The notes beneath the pieces are model-generated. The model saw only the letters and a list, made by a program, of their open reading frames with translations, was not told the origin of the DNA and searched no databases. A program made the position numbers and the translations under genes. DNA of 64,000 bases from Malacoraja senta (Eukaryota): the NCBI GenBank assembly GCA_038087875.1, contig CM075990.1, positions 3,350,001 to 3,414,000 on the forward strand. The letters are read 5' to 3'. Positions 63,701-64,000 of this stretch are shown here, in pieces; position 1 is the stretch's first letter, and each line of letters starts with the position of its first letter.

Positions 63701-64000
63701 TCTCTGGCCCTGTAAGGCAGCAACTCTACCGCTGTGCAACTGTGCCTTCTCAACCTCTCCCTATAGCTCAGGCTCTCGAGACCTGGCAGCATCCTTGTAA
63801 ATCTTCTCTGCACCTTTTCCAGCCCATGTTCTGGAACTTCTTCCTCTGTAGCACTCTGGAAGGACCTCGTTGAAACTTAGCGAATAGTGCAAGGCCTGGA
63901 TAGAGTGGATGTGGGCAAGATGTTTCCATTAGTGGGAGAGTCTAGGACCAGAGGCCATGGCGTCATAATAAAAGGACGTCCCTTTAGGAAGGCGATGAGA

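Larger units (their letters stand above)
58510..63999. repeat. Large inverted duplication (arms 58510-61176 and 61338-63999)
   Basis: Right arm is the reverse complement of the left arm apart from about a dozen 1-3 bp indels. Confidence 0.97.

Overview
This is eukaryotic, repeat-dense DNA from a cartilaginous fish, probably a skate or ray. That assignment is inferred from the abundant HE1-type V-SINEs and HER1/CR1 LINEs. No intact host protein-coding gene can be supported; the ORF track is almost entirely transposon debris, antisense frames and microsatellites. The window holds about 30 tRNA-derived HE1/V-SINE copies, about 20 5'-truncated CR1/HER1 LINE fragments, and L1-, Rex1/Babar-, L2- and RTE-derived pieces. 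It also has a family of PIF/Harbinger-type MITEs (TIR (A/T)GGGCCTGTCCCAC, TSD TWA), a 100-bp mini-Helitron and several microsatellites. The most interesting signal is more than 20 copies of a Penelope-like element (PLE) 3' end/pLTR. It occurs mostly as small fold-back mini-elements with 12-17 bp TSDs and carries a minimal hammerhead-ribozyme motif (CTGAAGA-A-GGGT/CTCG/ACCC-GAAA-CG-TC). In four copies this motif lies directly downstream of the GIY-YIG ORF stop codon. Repeat-free islands, above all ~47.5-49.0 kb, look like conserved non-coding enhancers of a developmental gene desert or large intron. The last ~5.5 kb is a near-perfect palindrome centred on an old PLE hairpin; its indel-dominated differences point to a fold-back assembly artefact. 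Repeat boundaries are approximate unless TSDs are quoted.
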